From Candidatus Babelota bacterium (GTDB lineage Bacteria; Babelota; Babeliae; Babelales; CAIQNR01), in assembly GCA_965658655.1 (NCBI GenBank), contig CBFHTA010000001.1, forward strand, positions 72,722 through 136,721: a stretch of 64,000 nt of DNA, in the 5' to 3' direction. This document shows, in pieces, positions 58,985 to 64,000 of this stretch. Each line of letters opens with the position of its first letter. Position 1 is the stretch's first letter. The position numbers and the translations under genes were made by a program. A model generated the notes under the pieces. The model ran no database searches, had not been told where the DNA came from, and was given only the letters and a program-made list of their open reading frames with translations.

Positions 58985-59332
58985 GAGCCACCGATAAGAA
59001 TAGTAAAAAAAAGTTGTTCTGGTACTTTTTAGCCTTATTGGAAGTTTCTATACTATAAGCAGGTATTTCATACTCCTGTTTCCATAGATACCTCTAACTA
59101 AACTCAACCAAATAATGCAAAGACTGTAACTCGTGGGAACACAATTCTCTAGAAAAAGTATTCTGGAAATCCAACCAAACCTCCAGCCTTATTACTCCAC
59201 AAGACTAGCTCTCGTTCAGTCACTTGCCCAAAATGATCTACAGAGAATTTTTTCACAAAAAAACCCTAATAAAATATAAACAGTTTAATTATTCATATTC
59301 TATTAGGGTATATATTTTTAAATAAGCCTTAA

Positions 59333-60790
59333 CTACTTAGAACCATTCGCAGCTTTTTTAGCATTCATTGATTCAAAAAACTCTTCGTTTGTTTTAAACT
59401 TCTTCATCTTGTCAATCATGAATTCCATGCCTTCAATCATGTTCATATTACCTAAGAACTTTTGAAGAACCCAAGAACGTTTTTGATCACCTTCACTGAA
59501 AAGAAGATCATCACGACGGGTACTTGAACTAAGAAGATCATACGAAGGATAAATACGACGGTTTGCAAGCTTACGGCTCATATGCATTTCCATATTACCG
59601 GTACCTTTAAACTCTTCGTAAATAACTTCATCCATACGAGAGCCAGTTTCTACAAGAGCTGTACCAATAATAGTTAACGAACCGCCTTCTTCCATGGCAC
59701 GAGCTGCACCAAAGAAACGCTTTGGCCGTTGTAGTGCATTGGCGTCAATACCACCAGTCAGTACTTTTCCTGATGATGGAGCTGTAGTATTGTAAGCACG
59801 AGCAAGACGAGTAATAGCATCAAGCAAAATAACAACATCTTTACCTGATTCAACTAAACGCTTTGCTTTTTCAAGAACAATCTCTGCAACCTGAACATGA
59901 CGTTCTGCAGATTCATCAAAAGTCGAACTTATCACTTCAGCATGAGCACCCTTAACACAGCGCTTCATATCTGCAACTTCTTCTGGACGCTCGTCAATAA
60001 GCAGAACAATCAAGAAAACATCTGGATGATTTGTAATAAGACTTTGAGCAATCTCTTTTAAGAGAACTGTTTTACCTGCTTTTGGTGGCGCAACAATAAG
60101 ACCACGCTGTCCTCTACCCACGGGGGTAAAAATATCCATCAAACGTGTTGATGCAAAAGTAGGATTAGACTCTAAAGTAAATTTACTGTTTGGATGCATA
60201 GGAGAAAGTCGATCAAAATTTGGTCGCTCTCTCAACTTCATAGGGTCTTCAAAGTTAACTTTATCGACCTTAAGCAATGCAAAATATTTTTCATTATCTT
60301 TTGGTTTACGAATAACACCAGAAACTGTATCTCCAGTACGCAAACCAAAACGACGAATTTGTGAGGGAGAAACATACACATCATCAGGACTCGAAACATA
60401 ATCGAATCGGTTAGAACGTAAAAATCCAAACCCATCAGGGAGTCTCTCTAAAACACCCTCTACTTCGACTTCTCTGTCTGGGTGTTCTTGCATTTCTACA
60501 ATTCTTTCTACTAACTGTCTATGCAACAACAAGCTTGCACCTATTAAACCCCACCTACGAGCATGCATATTCAATTCTTGAGTAGAAAGCTCTAAAAGCT
60601 GTTCTTTTGTTAAAACTTTTGGGTGATAATCATTTTTATGTTGAGAGCCACCGCTATTACGGTTGCGATTGTCTCCTGAATGATTATTTTTTTGCGCAGA
60701 TGGCCTTGCCTGTGACGCAGGTTTGCCTGCAGGCTTTTTCTGACCTGTCTGTTTTTTCTTCGGTGCCACTATTTTCTTATCTTCTTTCAT
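59333..60790 (-). CDS. rho: Transcription termination factor Rho
   Basis: [33 protein letters not shown] and EEFKGTGN motifs. Confidence 0.98.
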   Translation of the reverse strand: MKEDKKIVAPKKKQTGQKKPAGKPASQARPSAQKNNHSGDNRNRNSGGSQHKNDYHPKVLTKEQLLELSTQELNMHARRWGLIGASLLLHRQLVERIVEMQEHPDREVEVEGVLERLPDGFGFLRSNRFDYVSSPDDVYVSPSQIRRFGLRTGDTVSGVIRKPKDNEKYFALLKVDKVNFEDPMKLRERPNFDRLSPMHPNSKFTLESNPTFASTRLMDIFTPVGRGQRGLIVAPPKAGKTVLLKEIAQSLITNHPDVFLIVLLIDERPEEVADMKRCVKGAHAEVISSTFDESAERHVQVAEIVLEKAKRLVESGKDVVILLDAITRLARAYNTTAPSSGKVLTGGIDANALQRPKRFFGAARAMEEGGSLTIIGTALVETGSRMDEVIYEEFKGTGNMEMHMSRKLANRRIYPSYDLLSSSTRRDDLLFSEGDQKRSWVLQKFLGNMNMIEGMEFMIDKMKKFKTNEEFFESMNAKKAANGSK

Positions 60791-60923
60791 TTATAAACCT
60801 CCGATTATGATAACGCGCCCATTTAACAACACCCCAAAGGAAGGCGTCATGCTTCTAAACAAAAGCATACACAACTCTTTTCATAATAATTGAATAACAT
60901 ACTGCGTAATCAGCTACCACGTA

Positions 60924-61805
60924 CTATTTACGATCACGCAACAACAACATAACTGGGCTTGCGATAAATATTGAAGAATAGGTTCCAACAATAATACCAA
61001 CAAGCAGCGCAAGTGATAGACTTCGTAATGACTCTCCTCCATATACGAACAATGAACCAACAGTTAAACCTGTAGAAATACTTGTTAAAAGTGTTCTTTT
61101 CAGAGTTTGGTTCAAACTTAAATTCACTACCTCGTTCGCTGTTTTGCTCGATTCTTTCACAAAGTTTTCTCTAATACGTGCGTAAATTACAATCGTATCG
61201 TTAATGGAGTAACCTAGTGTAGTTAGAATTGCAATGACTACATTTGGAGAGATCTCTTTGTCTAACAAAACAAAGACCGCCAAGATACACAGTGCATCAT
61301 GGAAAATAGCGACTACTGCACCCATTCCATATGATAAAGACCAAAACCTGAAAGCAATATATAAAAGCATTGCAAGCAAACCAAGCGCAACCATCCAAAG
61401 CGAGTTAGAGATCAATGCAGATCCCACTCCAGGACCAACTGCGTTAGTCTCTAAAATAGTCACTTTAGTATCAGTCAAATGTTTTTCTAATCCGTCTTTA
61501 ATAGTAGTTCCAAGACCTTGTACATTATTAGAAAATTCTTTTACCCGTACAAGCGCATCAACATCGCTAAACTCTCTTGTTGTTGCATCTTTAAAGCCAC
61601 TACCAGCTAAGGCGTTCTTTAAACTTTCTGAACCTACTGGCTTACTAAATTTAACTAAAAGCTGCGTTCCACCAACAAAGTCTACGCTATAACGAAAACC
61701 TTTATGCTGAATATAACCAAAAACACCGGCTCCTATAAGAACACAAGACAAAAGCGCAGCTGTAACACGGTATCTTAAAAAATTGATGCGAGGATATTGA
61801 ACCAT
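60924..61805 (-). CDS. secF: Protein translocase subunit SecF
   Basis: DFVGG, VGP, HD, GYSINDTIVI..RIRE, RTLLTS and GTYSSIFIA motifs. Confidence 0.95.
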   Translation of the reverse strand: MVQYPRINFLRYRVTAALLSCVLIGAGVFGYIQHKGFRYSVDFVGGTQLLVKFSKPVGSESLKNALAGSGFKDATTREFSDVDALVRVKEFSNNVQGLGTTIKDGLEKHLTDTKVTILETNAVGPGVGSALISNSLWMVALGLLAMLLYIAFRFWSLSYGMGAVVAIFHDALCILAVFVLLDKEISPNVVIAILTTLGYSINDTIVIYARIRENFVKESSKTANEVVNLSLNQTLKRTLLTSISTGLTVGSLFVYGGESLRSLSLALLVGIIVGTYSSIFIASPVMLLLRDRK

Positions 61806-61900
61806 CCTTACTCTCCACAAAGTTTAAAATCGTTTGGAATAATCATGAATACGTACCAGCAAGTCTTATCATGTTTTTATGTTTAAAGCAAAAAGATTTT

Positions 61901-62161
61901 TTACTCAGAAATCGGATCTATAGAAACATATTTACGGCCACCAAATCCATAGTGAAACCTAATAACCCCTGCTCCTTTAGCGAACAGAGTATGATCTTTA
62001 CCCATTCCTACTTTTTTTCCTGGATGAACCTTTGTCCCACGTTGACGGATGATGATTTCACCACCAGTTACTGTTTGGCCTGCGAAGAGCTTAAAACCTA
62101 ATCTTCTACCCGCACTATCGCGACCGTTGGACGTTGACCCACCCGATTTACTCGTTGCCAT
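61901..62161 (-). CDS. rpmA: 50S ribosomal protein L27
   Basis: [24 protein letters not shown] and GKDHTLFA motifs. Confidence 0.97.
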   Translation of the reverse strand: MATSKSGGSTSNGRDSAGRRLGFKLFAGQTVTGGEIIIRQRGTKVHPGKKVGMGKDHTLFAKGAGVIRFHYGFGGRKYVSIDPISE

Positions 62162-62320
62162 GAGAAATCCTAACTTTTCTTTTAAAGTGTTCTTAAGGGA
62201 TTTTTTGGAATTTTATCTAGAATCCTTTGATTCCATGATAGCCTTGAGTATGACAATATTGATTTTAAAAGTCAACACTTTCACCATTATGAGCTTATAT
62301 TCAGCATATCTAAGCTTAAT

Positions 62321-62635
62321 TTATATACATAAACAACAAAAGGGGCACCCAAGCTTACTACAAAAAACATACAGAGGAATGGCTCCCATAGCTGCTATTT
62401 CAAATTTTGTTGCCTCACGATTCAGGTCAACACGATAATTAGAAAAATAATTTTGTATTTCTTTCTCAGGCGTAAACGGCTTTTGAGTCGGTTGATTCTT
62501 ATGAACAACAAACTCGCGCGCCTCAAGATCTGACTCGTCTAGACAAGGCCTTTGAACAGATAAAGAATCCTTTTTTAAACCTTCTGTCTGCAGACACCCG
62601 ACTATAAACAATACCGTTAAGTTTATTTTTTTCAT
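62321..62635 (-). CDS. Small exported protein with Cys-rich hydrophobic C-terminus
   Basis: AGGAG RBS, signal peptide, tail VFCSKLGCPFCCLCI. Confidence 0.65.
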   Translation of the reverse strand: MKKINLTVLFIVGCLQTEGLKKDSLSVQRPCLDESDLEAREFVVHKNQPTQKPFTPEKEIQNYFSNYRVDLNREATKFEIAAMGAIPLYVFCSKLGCPFCCLCI

Positions 62636-62699
62636 ACCTTTCTCCTTTTATTGATTCATTGAATCAAAGCTGCCAAGAACAATAATAAAAACTTTTGTA

Positions 62700-63077
62700 T
62701 CAAGGAGTATCGTTATCTTGAGAGTTGCAGCAATGGCTTAGATGCCTCAAACAAAGATAAGTTGCCAAAGACAGTCCCGCAGTTGCTCCTACTAGAAGCC
62801 AAACCTCACACTTACTTTTCTTGCAGCCTCCACACCCAGACAAATCTCCTTCACAAGCTATCTTTTTAGTTTTTTGTAGACAATCAAAACAAGATCCACA
62901 AAAGCACTGTGTCCCTTTAGAGTTTCTCCCTAACTCTAACAACTTGCTATCAGGCACCTGAATAGACCTTGTCCCGTAATCAAGATCACGGTTTGTCCAG
63001 CTTTCCAGTTTACTTTCTGAACAATGTGAAACAGTCACTACCAAAAAACCTAGAGTTAGACTCCATCTTTTCTCCAA
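62700..63077 (-). CDS. Small Cys-rich exported protein with C-terminal TM
   Basis: TTG start with AGGAGG RBS; CFCGSCFDC and CGGC clusters precede the TM. Confidence 0.65.
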   Translation of the reverse strand: MEKRWSLTLGFLVVTVSHCSESKLESWTNRDLDYGTRSIQVPDSKLLELGRNSKGTQCFCGSCFDCLQKTKKIACEGDLSGCGGCKKSKCEVWLLVGATAGLSLATYLCLRHLSHCCNSQDNDTP

Positions 63078-63111
63078 AAGCCCTCCTTTGCTATATTATC
63101 TTCCTGCACCG

Positions 63112-63408
63112 TCAAGGTTTGTAATGAAGAATCCTTTCCTCCACCCATGGAACAAGTTTTAAACAAACAACAAAAGCAGCTGTTGCCGCAAAAACACATG
63201 CTCTTTTTGCATTACTATCAAGAGGAGCAAGTCTATCTGTTAAATCTATTTGATTATTTCGATCTGTTCCTTCTGGTATCTCAACCCAAGACTCCCCTCT
63301 CTGCATCCCAAATGTTTTTAAAGGATGATCTGTTTTTCCTGTCCATTCGTCAGAAACCCCATGCAGCTGCGTTGCTACTAACATAAAAACTACAGCCATT
63401 ATTCGCAT
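63112..63408 (-). CDS. Small exported protein with C-terminal TM
   Basis: Signal peptide; KRACVFAATAAFVVCL TM. Confidence 0.6.
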   Translation of the reverse strand: MRIMAVVFMLVATQLHGVSDEWTGKTDHPLKTFGMQRGESWVEIPEGTDRNNQIDLTDRLAPLDSNAKRACVFAATAAFVVCLKLVPWVEERILHYKP

Positions 63409-63426
63409 TTTGGTACATCCTTTCTA

Positions 63427-63777
63427 TTAACCCCCTGTAAAATTACCGCCATTCTGGTCTAAGTGTTGCTCGATTACTCCGCAAGTGGCAACCAAAATTA
63501 CTGCTGCTGCCGAAACAGCGGCACAAAGCGTAGCGTAGCACTTCCACCTAGGCTTTCTGCCAGTACAACAAGTATTTTTTGTACTATGTAAACTATGAAG
63601 TTCACTGTCACCACAAACAATTGCTCTCTCTAGAGAAAGCGGTGTCTTTACACTCGAAAACACTGTACTCTCTCCTGCCACCTCAATGCTCGGAGGGTAC
63701 CCATAAGGGTACCTTTTGGCACCAAACGCCTGTCTGCTCATTACCATTAAAACTAACAACATTGTTAGTTTTTTCAT
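63427..63777 (-). CDS. Small exported protein with Cys cluster and C-terminal TM
   Basis: Signal peptide ending AFG; TCC..RKPRWKC then TM; AAGGGG RBS. Confidence 0.65.
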   Translation of the reverse strand: MKKLTMLLVLMVMSRQAFGAKRYPYGYPPSIEVAGESTVFSSVKTPLSLERAIVCGDSELHSLHSTKNTCCTGRKPRWKCYATLCAAVSAAAVILVATCGVIEQHLDQNGGNFTGG

Positions 63778-64000
63778 GTCTTACCCCTTTAATCTTATTA
63801 TTCTCATGTAACGCTACAAGCTGATGCCAGAGACTCTTTATTAACAGAAGTTATTGTTGATACAACAATGCACTCTAATCATAGAGTTATCAATGCAAAC
63901 AGAAATGACATTAATGAATTGCTCCTTCTCTATTGTATCCATCCCGTGTTAACACCTTTTTCTGAATCATTTGAGGTAATTACAATTCCAGAACTATTTG

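Noticed and set aside
58985..59332. ~350-bp gap between convergent tsaD and rho as a possible ncRNA (e.g. 6S) or small ORF
   Set aside because: I found no convincing long stem or ORF with an RBS by eye; an Rfam/Infernal search would be needed.
957..63824. Numerous 60-150-aa antisense or overlapping ORFs in the six-frame track (e.g. 44453..44938, 61234..61692, 62049..62438)
   Set aside because: They are shadows of well-supported genes on the opposite strand or frame, with no motifs or RBS.
1..64000. CRISPR arrays, tRNA/rRNA genes, IS elements, prophage or anti-phage defence genes
   Set aside because: No spaced direct repeats, no cloverleafs other than the tmRNA tRNA-like domain, and no transposase, integrase or defence motifs recognised.

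Overview
AT-rich bacterial chromosome segment. The gene set includes an OmpH/Skp chaperone, paired DUF2608-like secreted HADs and many orphan signal-peptide proteins, which suggests a host-associated diderm, plausibly Dependentiae/TM6; this taxonomy is inference only. Housekeeping genes flank the window: rpsA, ndk, murI, nusB, efp on the left; HIT, alaS, pth, skp, P-type ATPase, ssrA/smpB, tsaD, rho, secF, rpmA on the right. The centre (~7.7-43.7 kb) is an unusually large surface-glycan locus. It has a sugar-precursor and ABC-export arm (wecB, wecC, bi-domain oxidoreductase, manC, asnB-like amidotransferase, GT4s, methyltransferase, wzm/wzt). It also has a lipid-linked decoration arm: four GtrB/ArnC-like GT2s, an aminotransferase plus GNAT plus epimerase, eight polytopic GT-C-like proteins in three paralog groups, a probable ninth remnant, and a transglutaminase-like protein. 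At the left end is a three-gene module: an LtaS/EptA-like transferase, a 61-aa YIDPGTGS membrane micro-protein and a NoeA-like kinase-methyltransferase fusion. This module is the best candidate for an undescribed glycan-modification system. Other oddities are a 23-aa tmRNA tag with a divergent SmpB tail, an Arg-tipped EF-P, a P2A-like ATPase lacking canonical Ca2+ ligands and an array of small Cys-rich tail-anchored proteins. I saw no CRISPR array, rRNA, tRNA, integrase or transposase.
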